Origin: Tubiluchus corallicola
Taxonomy: Eukaryota; Animalia; Priapulida
Assembly (NCBI GenBank): GCA_030141605.1
Contig: JAQGDQ010000220.1
Coordinates: 225,786-289,785 of the forward strand
Direction of reading: 5' to 3'
Length of the DNA: 64,000 nucleotides
Below the pieces are notes generated by a model that was given only the letters and a program-made list of their open reading frames with translations, ran no database searches and was not told where the DNA came from. Positions 1-13,862 of the stretch are shown here, piece by piece; position 1 is the first letter of the stretch; the number at the start of each line of letters is the position of its first letter. The position numbers and the translations under genes were made by a program.

Positions 1-530
1 TCTAAAGGTTTGAATGCTTTCATTAGGAAAATACAACAACCGGGCCATTGGCTGTAGGTAAAAAAGACGCAGCGTGGCGCTGTTGCCTTTGGTGACACTT
101 ACCACTGAATTTTTTGTGTCACATGTCAGCATATGCAGCAGAGTTAATCACACGGTACTGGTCTGTTACATACCATGTATCAAATAGCCCAATTTATGAC
201 AGAAGAGCACGCGAAAACGTAACACTTGCAAAAATTGATCTAGGTTTGGCGTGCAGTTGGTGTACGTCGAGAATGTGAAGTGATCCCCGGGGGTTTCCTG
301 GCCATTGTCCTTCGTCAGGAGAACGAAAGAACAATGTGTTCCTCCCCACTATGGCTGTAAAGTGAACGACCAAAGCCGTAAAACAGTTTTTGGGAGGAAA
401 ATGATCGCAAAAAATCTCAACGAAGGTATAAAAGACCACTACCACATTCCCGTGAATGCACAAGTAAATCAAATAGCTAGGGAAACGTACAATTTGAATA
501 AATAGATATAATTTATACATCAGTGTCACT

Positions 531-900
531 CAGTGGCGTAGCTAATAGGGGAGCAATTGCTCCCCCGAGTACATTTTTCAAAATTGGCGCCCTTCGACAG
601 CGCCAAAACTCATTCATTTTGTTTTCATTGTACATTTAAAATTAAGGTAATTAAATAACACATGTTTTTATTATGTTTTCAGACGTATGAGCTTGCTGTA
701 AAACTTTTATTGTGTTTTAATTTTAAATACGAAATAACAATTATGTACTTGCTTTAAAACTGCATCTTCCTCGTGTTTTGATTTTAAACACGAAATTAAA
801 ATGTATAATCAATGCGTTAAAAATTGTTTGGTATGTGTTTGGTATCGCGCCTTTTTTATGTGCTTGCTCCCCCTAACTTTAGAAGCTAGCTACGCCCCTG
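531..900 (+). mobile_element. Non-autonomous hAT-like MITE (370 bp)
   Basis: TIRs CAGTGGCGTAGCTA / TAGCTACGCCCCTG, flanked by a perfect 8-bp direct repeat GTGTCACT (523-530 and 901-908). A related copy lies at 53929-54454. Confidence 0.88.
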
Positions 901-1499
901 GTGTCACTGTAATATTCTCACTACATCAATACACATATAGTACGACTTTTTACGTAATTAATCTTGAGTCTGACTTAGACTAGAAAGAATAACATAGTGC
1001 ACATGTAAAAAGCAAAATTAGTGCTCGTGGCAGAATAAAACGGCTCCGCTGCATCATTAGTCATTTGATCGGTGCCCCAAAATAAAAGTAAAGTGTCACT
1101 GAGCACAGAATTAAATTACATCTTAGTCATCTATTCTATAAAAATAGGGGAGTGTATAGATCCTAAAAAGTGGGAATACTTCTCACTTTATTCATTACTG
1201 TAATCACTTTACACGGTATTTCAGTATTTATGATGAAATAATGAAGAAAGTAAAAGAATAAGTGGTCGAGTGAATGAATAACTGCACGGATCAGGAAATA
1301 AATGAATACACGCAAGAATAGAACAAGAAAAATTACAATATGCTAACGTGTCATGCAGTTTGCAGCAGACCACACCATATCACCCCATAAAGATAGTGAA
1401 TTTCTAAAAAGAAAGCCCCTATAATAACTCCAATAACTTGTCATATGACATTGTCCGAGATTTACACCTCGGTTTCTGATTACTATGACCTTCAAATGA

Positions 1500-1775
1500 A
1501 TGTAGGAAAGTTTTGTACAAGTAAATTTGGTATAGGTAAGTATGGTACACGTAAGTTTGGTACAGGTAATTTGGTACCATTATCTTTAGGTGCAAGTAAT
1601 TTTTGGTAGTAGGAAAATGTGATACGGGGAATGTTTGGTATCAGGAAAATATAGTACAAGGATTGTTTAATACTAAGACATATTGGTACAAGGACGTTTT
1701 GGTACGAGTAGGATATGGTAAAGAGAAAAATTTTGTACAAGAAAAGTTTGGTACTGGAAAATTTTGTACCAAACG
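1500..1775. repeat. Degenerate ~15-bp tandem repeat (GGTACAGGTAAGTTT-like)
   Basis: Recurring TTTGGTAC/TTTTGTAC cores at roughly 15-bp spacing. Confidence 0.65.
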
Positions 1776-2832
1776 AAAAAGAAAGGATTTCTGTATCTCA
1801 GTATAAAATAATTGTTTCAACTAGAAAATAAAGAAGTTTTATTCAGTAGAGAGGAAATTTGGAACTAGGAAAGTCTGGTTAATTACAAAATTCATAAAAC
1901 ATCACGATTAACAGTGCGTGGCAGCGAAAATTTCATTCGTAATTAACCTACCCATGTAGGTACATTTGAGAATTCTTTCAGCAAAAAATGAAAGGTCTCC
2001 ACCTCACCATGCAAATTTTTGAAAAGCTCAGTTAATGTTTTTTCCGGCACAATAATCATTTTTAGCTCAATCAGATTGTCAGGTTTTTATACGGGCCTAT
2101 ATGCCATTACCATATCCACATGTACATATTACACGGGTTCCTCCATAACACATACCAAGTGGCCTTGTTTCAAGGTGTTGAGAACTCAAATTATTATTAT
2201 TATTATTAGAAGTCTTTTATTAGCACACAAATACAGATTATACAATACGTACTGGCGAAAACACAAGGAAAAAAGATTTTTTTATCAAAAGGTCAAAGAC
2301 CAAAGATCAAAGGCATCTAAAATCGAATGACCTTCTAGCAGCCCTAACATATGCAGACATCAGACTAAGTTTCAAATCCAAAGACACAGGAGTCTAAAAG
2401 CTGTAATCAAATGCATTGCAATGAACAAAAGAATAGAAACTGCGATGAAGGATGGAAAAATGGACCAATCAGTCACTGAATGTGCCAGACAAAGTGTGCA
2501 AAAGAACAAGCGATGGGGTCAAACCGAACACGCAGATAAAAAAATGAAGTTCCTATCAGAGCCACAAGGATGCCACGAATTTATAAAGGGAACAGCAAAC
2601 TAAAGCGACTCAAATTTCTGTTCTTCATCTTCTACACAGTGACAAACGCAGCCGAGCACAATTGATATTGATCATCCTTGTTACACATATTGTGCAAGTT
2701 TATAGCCTGAAAGATGCTCTTGTGCAAGAAGCCGCTAAACCAGTGATGATGTTTATTCCTCTTTTCAATGCTCAAATAAGCTCACAAATCTCATTCAGTA
2801 AGGGTACTGGAAAGCAAAAGCACGAGTGCCAG

Positions 2833-3008
2833 ATGCATAATTTAGTAAAGTCCATGTAAAACAACTGAAGTTACTAAAGTGATGCGAGAGACGGCTTTGC
2901 ATAACGCACAAGTCACATGACGGTTGTAGTTAAAATGCGCTGCTGTGGTGCAATTAACCTCTGACCTACAGCAACTGCACACAACGCAACTGTAAAAAGG
3001 CTTATTTT
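2833..3008 (-). repeat. Partial inverted copy of the dispersed repeat family at 51330-51620 and 54670-55020
   Basis: The reverse complement matches GCTGTAGGTCA.AGGTTAA and ACTTCAGTTGTTTTAC.TGGACTTTA.TAAATTATGC of the 54.7-kb copy. Confidence 0.7.
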
Positions 3009-6000
3009 TAAAAAAGTGACAATATGAAATAGCGAGCTGACCAAACCAGTAGGCTCCTATTTGAAATTAGCTGACAATGTTTCTCATGTGATCAAAAATT
3101 GGAGATTTTGCAAACAATAGTTACATAATTAAGCCTTGAAAGGATGCCAGCCGAATTTGAGTTACCTAGAAACTGCATTTCACAATGAAATCACAACTTG
3201 TAACATTTGAAACTGTGATCCATGGGTCAAAGGTCAACCAACCTTCTGTCAACTTATACCATTCAATTCATTTCAACAAGACCTTTCATTTGATATGCTA
3301 TAAGCTAGTTTCACATGACCCTGAAAACATTTGTCTCTCCGACCCATATTTTGTATCAAATTAATTAATCTCATTCAATTCATCTCATCGAGGTCCTTCA
3401 TTTGAAATTCTACAAGCTATTGTCACTTAACACTCGAGGCATTTCTGTCCCCAGTCCCCAAATCTTGGCTTTTCCTCGCTAGTGGAAAATATTCCCATAT
3501 GCACGCATATGCCCATACGCAGCCACACACAAGACTGAACTTAGCCACATATCAAAAATTGTGGCCCCAGCTCAAAAACTATATACAGCCTAACAGACGA
3601 TAAAAGAAGAATCACCCACTCTGTGACCTTTGACCCAGCATTCTTGGGTCAGACCTAAACATATACTTCTCGAAATTGAAAGAACTAAAAGCACTAGGAC
3701 GAGTTGAATCATAATCGCAAAACTGAGCAATGCCACTATCTTCACCCTTGACCAAAGGTCAGAAGTAACTACACTGGCGTCTTTGTCTGCTGTGGGTTAC
3801 CTCACACCGTAAGTTTCATGCTCTAGCTTGCAAGACCAAAGCCCAATGTTAGTGGAGACTAAAGACATAATAGTAAAACAATAACCAATAAACAATAAAA
3901 CAATGTGAATTTCAAGAAGATGTTGCTGCAGCAAAATCTTAATTATTAGTTTACACTCACTTAGCAGCATCTCTGACTCAACTAACCTCTCTCGGTTACC
4001 TGCACCTGGATCAGGTCACAGTTAATGGATAAAAGTTAATTATAGTACAACCGGAAAAGGAATGCCTGGGGATCAATCCCACTAGGATCAGGATGAGCTT
4101 GTCACATGGTCTGGTGAGCAGTGACGACCAATAACTGCTAATTATTGCAGACCAAGTAGATACAAGGAACGAGTTTTGAAACCGGAGTACTTATGACGAT
4201 TTGAGCTTAGGAAACCTTATCAGATTTGTAATGACGATTTTCAAAATCTGGAGTATATATAAACTTGTGAATTCTTGTAGATACCAGTTATATGCAACAA
4301 AACTTTCACAGTTTAAAATCTTGATACGGGTTCTTTTGTTAGAATTTGAGCTGATTGATTCTGATAGGTTGTTATTATATTTAACATAATGTAAGCATTC
4401 ACTGGTTATCACATAACGTTTTAGCTCATAATTGTCAAACAGAAGCTCTTCTGAGCTGTTTTCATTTGATTAGAATCAACAAGAAGTAAACGATCTTATC
4501 TTACCTATTAAATGCAACCATAATATGAACACAATACAATTTACTTGGAATGTTTTGGCCAGCTTACCAACCGATATACAGATAATTTCAACCTAAAAAC
4601 TACAAGACACACTAGATTTCATAAATAAACAGCAAAACTGTAAACCAAACTGACCAAAAAGCTTACATAGTCAGCCCAACAGTAAAAAAGAACAAAACAG
4701 CCACAACCCACCATGAAGAATAACACCAAAGATCAATCACACAGTTCTAAGGAAAATCATACATAACAAACAAAGCCACATACAACTGCTTACTTATCGC
4801 TGGGAGTTCTGTGTAACCTTTTTGTGACAGGTTTGACTTACAGTCTTTCTGTCATCTTATTAACTCCATTCTGTTTTGTGGCTTTTAGACTAAAACTGGC
4901 TGAAGATGGCGGCTAAGATGGCCAATGTGTTGCATGTAGACTGCATCATTGTCTTAATAGACTCAGGCGTCAATCACATTACTAATCAAAACATATCTGA
5001 TAGGATGCTTAAAAATTAGTTAAATATAGTTATAAGACAAAGTTGAAACCTGGCTAATTGGGTTGTGGAAACAACTGATACAAAGCCCAAGTCTGTAGGA
5101 CAGGTGGAAAAAGTTTTGTCAAACTTAATAATCTGGTTAAGGTAACAAACAGACAAGTCTCAATGGTGCTGTTCAATTAACCATTCATAATGACGCTATT
5201 ATATTAACCATTTGTTAGGTAGCTGTCTAAACACCAGAAAATTAAATTACCAGATGTGATAAAATCCGAAAAGTTGATGTGAACTGCAAGTTCAAATGTT
5301 TTCAGTCAACTACGCAAAACTGCATGAGGTTTCCACTTCGTTAGAGCTTTAGTTTTGATTTTTTTGGTATATCTAGTTACCTACTAGGAGAAGACTCAAT
5401 GACTCATTTGTTATTAGGGGCATATTTACCAAAATGCCAACTAGTTGTAGCCTGGGGAGCCCAATGTTAACATTTTTTATCCTTTTCATTTCTTTGGAAA
5501 CTGTGTATCCAGACATATTCATATAAAGCGCATATTTCATAGCAAACCACCAGCAGTTACTGAACCAACTTTTATACCAGAAGCAGTTATGCAGCCTGCT
5601 TAGATATAAGAACTATGCAAAAGTATGTAATTAATAATAACAACAAAGGTACTAGTAATATTGTATTATATTTTGAATACAAACAACCACAAATCTATAA
5701 CAGAGATGGGCGGGACTGAACTATCTGCCTAGGACATTGTAAAGTTTTGATACACCACAGCTAGTTATTAGCTACAAAACTAAGACATATGCACGTATGT
5801 GACTGTGCACTAGATGCTAACAGTGCAGTTCAGGAGAAGAGCATGTGCTGTCATTGTGAAAATACTGCATTTGTTAGAAACGCGACTGTTTTCAATGGCA
5901 TTAACAAGGGCTCTCTACTAATATTTTCACTCACCAGGATACTAAGCTAGTCATCAATTTCGTGTCTGATTATTGTTACGTGGTCAGTTTGAGTATTGTT

Positions 6001-6211
6001 CTTGTTGGACTAATTCCTTCATTGTTAAATTTAATCTTGACTATTTGTAATTATTAGTCAATAAATCTAATCTAATCTAAATCACATAAAGACTTGGACT
6101 TCAAAAGCCATTTAGGATAATAGAACTAGCCCGTCAGTTTTCAACACAAAACATTTCAACAACATACTGCAATAGAGAATGTATAGATTGAAAGAAAAAT
6201 TTGACACTTAC

Positions 6212-6292
6212 TCTTTACAGTAAAGTCCTCGACAAAGGTACACTTTGCGGGGGTGTTTATCACGTTTGTGTTGACTTTCTGTAGAAGATGGT
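6212..6292 (-). CDS. ash1: ash1/ASH1L-like exon (81 bp): PSSTESQHKRDKHPRKVYLCRGLYCK
   Basis: TTTCAG acceptor and GTAAGT donor. Phase 2 matches the end of the 4964-bp exon. PRKVYLCRGLY resembles the PxKKYxxAGLY motif that precedes AWS-SET in ASH1L (recalled). Confidence 0.75.
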
Positions 6293-6576
6293 CTGAAATT
6301 CAAGAAAAGCGGCATTTATGGCACCACATCCACTCAAAAGCTGAGTCATTTTCATATTATATCCATTAAAAGCAGTCTATGCACAAAGTTTCGTATTCAC
6401 ATCAAGGGTTCAAAATACCTTTTAGATCTAAATTTAAGTGTTTTAAAATAACGCACATGATTTCATAAATAACAAAAAAAGTATCCATGTTGTTGTCTTC
6501 TTTTGGTGAAAATAAGAATCACTAAAAACAGCAGTCTTACTCTTTATGTACAAATAGGGCACTTGCACGCACTTAC

Positions 6577-9500
6577 AATTCCGTCATTAGCCTTTTCCGT
6601 AATGCCCTCTCTTCAACTTGTCTGTCAGTGAATGGTGTCTCGGTCATTGCAACGTTTATAACACTGTCAATTGTTGTTACTACATTGTCAGGTCTCTGGT
6701 GTTCACCATTCGCAATGTTATCGGCACGGGCTTGTTTAAGGCGCTCGCGTTCTGCCCTCCTCTGCTGGATCCTCTCCATTTTCTGTTTACGCTTCATGAT
6801 GGCATCCATGATCCGCTGCTGTTCTTCCTTTGCACTGAGACGGTATTTGTTAAACCGATTATCAGCGATTGGCAGAGCCACCTCATCAAGTGTAGGAGAT
6901 GACTGGTTTTGAGGTGTGGGGGTGGCAGGTTTAGGTGGACTGACTTCGGGTGGTGGCTGCTTGCGAGGACGTCCTCTTTTTCGACGAGGTGGAGCGGTAT
7001 CCACTGATAAGGATGTAGGAGATGCAGTAGAAACATGTACAGATGGCTTGCCAAGCACTACATCTATGGTAGAATCAATTTTCAGATGCTTCTGCTGTTG
7101 AGAAACAGCAATGTAATCCAATCTGGCTCGCCGCGATGCAACTGAATCATTGCGGTAACTAATCTTGCTACAGTATGGCAGACTAATGTTACTGGATTGT
7201 GCCTTCAGGGAAGACTCAAACATTTTGTGACGTTTCTTTAGTGGTAAGCGTTGTTCATGAGCATCACTAGTTGATTGTGTCTGATTGTTGATGTTTAACA
7301 GATACTTTGGCTTTCGCCCTCGTTTCTTTCCAAATCTCACATTGCTTATAGTTCTAAACCTTCTAGCAATAGTTTCATTCTTTGGTGGGCGACCACGACC
7401 CCTGCGCTTAAATAAAGGTTGCGGCACTTTCTTTGGGGTGTAATTTTTTAAGTTGAACATGCCAGGTGAAAACTGTTCCTGCTCTGACGGTAAAGGTGAC
7501 CATTCATTGTCAGTGAGAGATAAATAGTCCATTGCATTGACTAATTCATCAAGGTCGTCCAAAAATACAGGATCAACAATATTTTTATGTTTGGATTTGA
7601 ATCGTCTAGCTCTTTTCTTCAATTTACGTAGGATGTCCTTTTCATGTTTATGCCTTTTCCTCTGAGCCAGTGTCATCTGCATGATTGGTGGCTTATGTGC
7701 ATCAAGCGCATTAAGTTTGTCTTGCTCGCCACTGCTGCTAGTCTCTGAGCGGCTTTTTGGAAAAGGTGGAACATGATCATTTGAAGTACTGCCCACACTA
7801 GAATCCACATGGACACTGTCTTGTGTCCTTCCAACAACAGCCAGATTTTCTGTACTAGCAGCAGATTTTATCATACTCCGTTTCTTTTTTAAACGCAACG
7901 TCTTGCCAAATATGTGTTTTAGCTTTCGCCGCTGTAACAGTGCCTGCCTTTTTCTTTTCAACTCAATAGGTTTAATCTCTGTGTAAGAATTTGACACATC
8001 TAAAGTGTCAGTCTCTTCGAATTGACTGTTAATAGAATACTGGATTTTTTTGACGAGTGAAGACAGCTCAGGGTCACTTTCTGCTTTGCTTGTGCTTGTT
8101 GCCGGTTTAGAATTTGGCAAAGGGTACTTTCTTGGTCTGCCAACAGGCCTTTTCATGGGTAAAGGTTTGTCATTAACATAAGCACCATTCATCCCTTGGT
8201 AGTAATAAGTTCTAGTCTTACAACTAATGGCACTGGTTACAAACCGTTTGTGTTTTGCTTGTCTCTTGCATGACATAGCTCGAGCTATTACAACAGAGAT
8301 AGAAGACAAAACATGGTCTTCTTTACTCTGTTTAGAAACCACTCCATCTTCAGTCTGCCGTTGAAGTTCTTTTTGATGCTGCAGCGCAATAGCAAGTAAG
8401 GTCTTTTTATTCAGTGCTCCAGCAGGTCTGCCACGTCCTCGTTTTTTAGCAGTAGGTGCTCTTTTGTTTTGCAATAAAGATGCCTGGTGCAAATGATTTT
8501 CCAAATGACGGGCAAAGCTATCAGATAGACGGCCAAAAGACGAACCCTGCTTTCCAACAATTTTTTTTGACACGTAGCGCTGACTTGCAGGTATAACATC
8601 CAGGTTCGGTGGTTTCAAGCGTGGTCGCCCTCGGCCTCTTTTTTTCACAGGTGCTACTATAACTGGTGGCCTGTCTTCATCTCCATTAAGTTGCTTTTTG
8701 AACAGCAAGTCACATTTATTGCTAGCGATTATTTTGGGTAAGCTTTCCACGATATTTCTGCTATGGACACTTGACTCAGCATTTTCTATGTCTTTATTAA
8801 TTTGATTAGGTATAAAAGATGACACAGTTGGAAGAGCACTCCTAACTTTCGGTGGCCTTCCCCTCTTTTTAGGCACAGTTAACAAGGAATTTGAAGGTTT
8901 CTGGTTTACAGTGGCATCTGGAATGGAAGGAAGTTTATGGGGTGCTAAGTGTGAAACAGGAGCTTGATTTTTCGATGGTAAAATTGTTAACGAATGTGCA
9001 TTACCACTCTGAGATTTACTTGTCGGAGATTCTACAGATACGATTTTAGACATAGTGGCTGGCACAACCGAAGACGTGGAAGAGGTGACAGGTTTCAGAT
9101 AAGAAGTGCCTGCATCCACTGACTGAGTAGACAAGCAAGCAGAAATAACTGGTAAGTTTGTGTGAGTGTGAGGTGATTCGGCATCTAAGTTTAATGATTC
9201 TTTAGGGACAGCTGCTGTTTCAGTAGCTGATGCAGTTAGTTCAGTTTTTTGGCTAACAGTATTTACATGACTAGTTACAGGAACACCTTGATCTTCAGAT
9301 GCATTCCGAGAAGCAGACTGTAGATCCTCATCTTGTTTACTGTCTCTGCTTTTTTCACTTGGCACCGTATTTTGCAGAAGTTTGTCACTTTGATCTTTGG
9401 ATGATAGTTTAGGTCGACCCTTACTCTTGCCACGTTTATGGATATCAGACTTACTTGAAGTGTTATTTTGAAGCATGTCATTAGTCTCGTGTGTAAGAGT

Positions 9501-11540
9501 GGCATCTTTCTTTGTTACCTTTGAGGACACAATAACAGAGGCACGGCAAGGAGGCTGATGAAATTGTTCAGCACTGTTACACGGAATATTTTTTGTATTA
9601 ACTGTTTGGCTGTGTGACATACTGTCTTTTGATTCTTTGGCAATAGAAGTTTCATCAGCAGAGCTTTCAGAAATTGTCAAGGATGGCCTTTGCTCTAGGT
9701 CTTTTTCTGCAACAAGACTACCTGAATTTTGACTATCATGACTACTATATTCTCGTGCTTGGTGTTCTTTAAAAGTACACGTTGTTGTTTGATCTGCTTT
9801 TGAAAACTTTTTACTTTGCTCAGTTTTACGATTTCTTGGTTTATTAGCAGCTATGCTATGAAAACTCAAGGTATCAGAAAAAGAATCCGTAGCCTCTTCT
9901 GTCAATACTTTAAGTTTTTCAGGTGACTGAGGGAAGACCTGGTCAGTGTCACAGACATTTTCTGTTCTTTTCTCTCTTTTTGGTCTTGTATTTCGCAAAA
10001 TTTTATCATCGTTTCTTTCAGTTTTAGGAGAAGATTTTTCCCTCCTGGGCCTCAGATTGAAGAAACTGGAAGCCTTGCTGTGCTCTTGAAACTCAGTGTT
10101 TAGTTTTTCAAGGGCCAGCTCAACTAATGGAGCATTTTCTTCACTGAGCTTGATTCGTTCATCATTTTTTGACTTGCTTACTGGCGTTTTAGCAGCTTCA
10201 CCTGATTCTTCCCTTTGTGAATTGCTCAATGAAATTTTGGTAGTTTCGTTCTGTTCTTCAAGTTTAGACATGTCTATCGGAGTTGAAATAGATTCAATTT
10301 TTTCTTCCTTTTTTGACTTGATAATTGATGTTTTAGCATGACCAACTTCCGCCTTTTTTGACTTGCTTGCTGAAGTTCCAGTATGTTCGATTTGTTCCTC
10401 TATTTTAGATTTGTTTACAGTCGTTTGTTCCCCTCCTTTAGATTTGCCTAATAAAGTATTAGTGAGTTCAGCTTTTTCCTCCCCTTTTGACTTATTCATT
10501 AAAGTTTTAGTGGAGGTGACATTGGTTTGGTTAGCTGAAAGTGTTTCTTCTAATGCATTCTTTACATTTTTTAATTTGGCAGGAAGTTCATATGAGCAAG
10601 CATCTATAGTTTTGTTATTCACAGAGTTCCGCAATCGGCTTCTAGTCTTATATTCAACATTCTGCACTTTTTTAGGAATATCTGACATTACATCTAAGCA
10701 AGGTGCTTTTCGAGGCCTTGGCCTCAAAGATGGCAGTGATGTGGTCCCAGTGTTCACAATTTCATCATGAACATCCTTCACAGATTCGAATTTTTGTTTG
10801 CTTTTGTAGTTCGAATCTTGAATTCGCAGACTAGTCCTTATGCAACTCGGTTTTACAGCATCACGCATCTCTGCACTTTGCTTTTCGTCCACACTATTAG
10901 GCCGTTTACTAGCTGCTGCTCTTTTAGGGCGAGTGGAGTATTTCACCAAACGAGTAAACTCGTTCTCACTCCTCTTCGATTTATTCTTGCAGTACTTTGT
11001 GCTTTCATTTTCCTTGCTTAATTCTGATGAAATCTCTTTATTATCACTGTCATGCTTTTCTTCTCTCAATGGCAAAGCGTGGGCATCTACTTTTTCCATT
11101 TCAACGACGGCCACTGCTCTAAGATTTTTATCGCAATCAATATAGTTGTCAATTACATCTTCACTACCTTTGTCACTGCTATTTTTCAAACCTGGATTTG
11201 GCTTTCGAAGTGACCTCTTTGTTGTGGTTGCATTTATTGACGCTTCTCGGACAAGTTTCCGTCTTTTGCCACTGGACGGATGATTTTCCTCGGCAAACCA
11301 AGGTGAGTCCTGCTTTGCATGGCTACGCTTAACTGGCGCTTTAACAAATTCTTTCGTTTGTACGTCCTCGGCTGTGCTTGCAATACAAGTAGTAACTTTT
11401 GACAGAGGGGTAACACTGACAATGACCGTAGACACGGCACATGTGTCTGAATGTGCATTAGGTGCCGGTACCACATTCACAATGGTACTGTTGTTGCCTA
11501 GCACTCCCATTTCTTCAGGTGACAAGGCATTCTCACTAAC
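6577..11540 (-). CDS. ash1: ash1/ASH1L-like histone H3K36 methyltransferase, giant N-terminal exon (4964 bp) with about 8 AT-hook-like motifs
   Basis: 1657-aa ORF bounded by a polypyrimidine TTTGCAG acceptor (11541) and a GTAAGT donor (6576). AT-hook cores include KKRGRPPK, RGRGRPR, VGRPRK and RKRGRPRK. KHKNIVDPVFLDDLDEL and RLPLKKRH are motifs I recognise from invertebrate Ash1. Confidence 0.85.
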
Positions 11541-13369
11541 CTGCAAAGAAAGAGAGAAAGAGAGAGGTTATTGCAGAGCAATTACAAAACATTTAGCCAC
11601 AAAATTCTTTATAGGACAAAATAGTTATAGTTGACATTTAATGAAAAACTAAGATGCAAAGAATTACGTTGGTATAGGCAGGATTAGAGGTATAATACAT
11701 CAAAATGGAGGCACTAAGAAAACATTCATAATGCATTTTTATTACAACAATAAAATACCAACAAATAAACACAGTACTCAGCTCCACAGAACAACAAGCT
11801 GATTTCAGTTTACACAAAAAATGTTTTGCGTTAATTGAAGCAGCAACAATGCGCGACATTTTTTGTTATGTGATTGCAACAAGCATTGAAGAAGCAGTGA
11901 TCCCCTGCAGACCACAGATGCAATTCTCTAGTTAAAGAAAATATTTATTAAAGCACTTAACAGCACTTGTAGCTGCTGCCCAGGAAAGAAGAGTGGAGGT
12001 TGTGCAAACAAAACCCTTGCTCCGAGGGAACAACTGTACAGGCGGAAGAGCTTCATTTACTAAGCATCAGACAAGACAGCAAAGAGCAAACTCCTGCGTA
12101 GGAAAGAGTTACCGCCAGGAAAACAGCGCAAACAAAGATAACTGAGATGCTGAACTAGCCTGTGAAGAAAGTAAATATGACTTTCACTTGAGATGCAAGG
12201 CTATTTCCACTTGAACAAGCAGCGTCTGCTAATTCCACCTAATGAAACTAATGCAACCGCCAGACAGCCCGCTGAAAAGAACGATAATTGCCCATGACCA
12301 GGTTTCCAAAGAAGCTGTTTGTTTTTAAATTTCAGTTTACTTGTCACTAAACAAATACAAAATAAATGCTATAAAACTAACCAAACAAGACAATTTAGAC
12401 AGCAGGTGTTTCACTGCGCGTCTTTTTTTTAAAGAAAAGCCGCCAATCCTAAACATGTTTTTTTCTGATCAAACTATAGTGATCCATAATGCAAGTAATT
12501 AAACATTGGAAAGATTTCCCATATTCGCATTTAAATATAGCCAGAAATGTATTTATAATTTGCTTCATTCACTTGCAGATATTATAGCATGCACATCACA
12601 GACATCTAGTTTTTTGCAAGCTTAACAATGTATAGTCTATGTCACACCGTGTTCTTGCAACCTTTGAAACAATACTTCAGCAAATCGTTATACGATAACT
12701 GAATTTAGTGATACAAAATATGCTTAGTTTACAAACTATATAAGTAACACAGCAACGGTAAACGTCAAAACTTTGTTAATACTCATATAACACTGGCCTG
12801 AATTTACCATAACACGGGAAAATCTGAACGTTAAGTCCTGTTCCTGTGGAAATATAAAATTGCAAAGCAGTTTTACAATTTTGTGTAGCATTTTGTAACT
12901 ACCGTAAAAACAAAAATAGCATGAAATAAAGAAGCTGTCAGGTTTTGATATGATCTTGACTATTTAATATAAACGCATTCTAATATTTTCTTTCTCATGT
13001 ATAAGCAAAAGGCTACTTAGTTCGTGATCCTCACGTACGAAGTCAAAGGATACACAGGAGTGCATCATACGTTATCCAGTTTTTTTTTGGAACAGGTACA
13101 GTTGCTAGACGTACCGGTCACAAACATGACAGTTTTAGTTTAATAAGCTCAAAAGAGTAAAAAGCGGACACTTTAGAAACGCGCATGTAAGTTTAAACTG
13201 TGATATTTTTTTTACCGAAGTAAATAACTCTGGAGAAATTGAAAAGCAGTGATTGAGATGCAAATTGCGTAGTATTTTTCGATGCGATATCAGTAAAATT
13301 CAGCCTTGTAACAATAGCCTGCGCGTTTAAGTAAAAAAAGGCCAAGCCTTCTAGGATGTTTTTCTCATT

Positions 13370-13862
13370 GGCTTATTTCAATGTTCGCAAAAAATGTTAT
13401 AATGATGTAGTAATAAAACTGCAATAAGTGCCCCGTGTAACTAGTAAAATTACTTTAAAGTCGCGATCACTTTATACTTGGGCGCTGCGATAGTATACCC
13501 ATTCTTCTTCCAATGACGTCATTCATCTCGAAGAAAAGAAGTTCACTGACAATCTTCATCAAAAGCACAACAGTTTTTACAGAAAACAACTACTTTTGTA
13601 ATATTTGTGCAAGAGCATTAGGTAAGTTGCAGAAGTTTGAATTTGTTTAAACAGCGCGTGCTTACGGAAAGCCACGAAGTCTCCCAGTTACGTCATAATT
13701 TCCAAGTGAATGGCGGCAACCTGCACGCCTAAGAATTTCTATTCAGAGGTAGTATATTTTAAATTGATGCTTTATAGGCAGTTCTATGTTATATTTTTCT
13801 AAGTTTAAGTGATAACATTAAAATAAATCCAACGTACTGACTGACTTATTCTTTCCTTTAAA
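13370..13862 (+). mobile_element. Dispersed repeat family copy 1 (probable non-autonomous DNA transposon)
   Basis: Shares GCTTATTTCAATGTT, TACTTTAAAG..GCGATCA and CCAATGACGTCATTCAT blocks with 44855-45355 and 58852-59367. Ends in CCTTTAA (possibly Kolobok-like; inference). Confidence 0.65.

Noticed and set aside
123-431. Plus-strand ATG-started frame interrupted only by three TGA codons (possible Sec or Trp recoding)
   Set aside because: Three stops in about 100 codons is near random expectation. No recognisable protein or SECIS.
4842-4889. Candidate further ash1 micro-exon (LKATKQNGVNKMTER)
   Set aside because: Phase-compatible with AG/GT ends, but it has no recognisable Ash1 motif. Too weak to call.
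6618-11634. Short plus-strand and alternate-frame ORFs overlapping the ash1 exon
   Set aside because: Shadow ORFs of a long coding exon, with no motifs.
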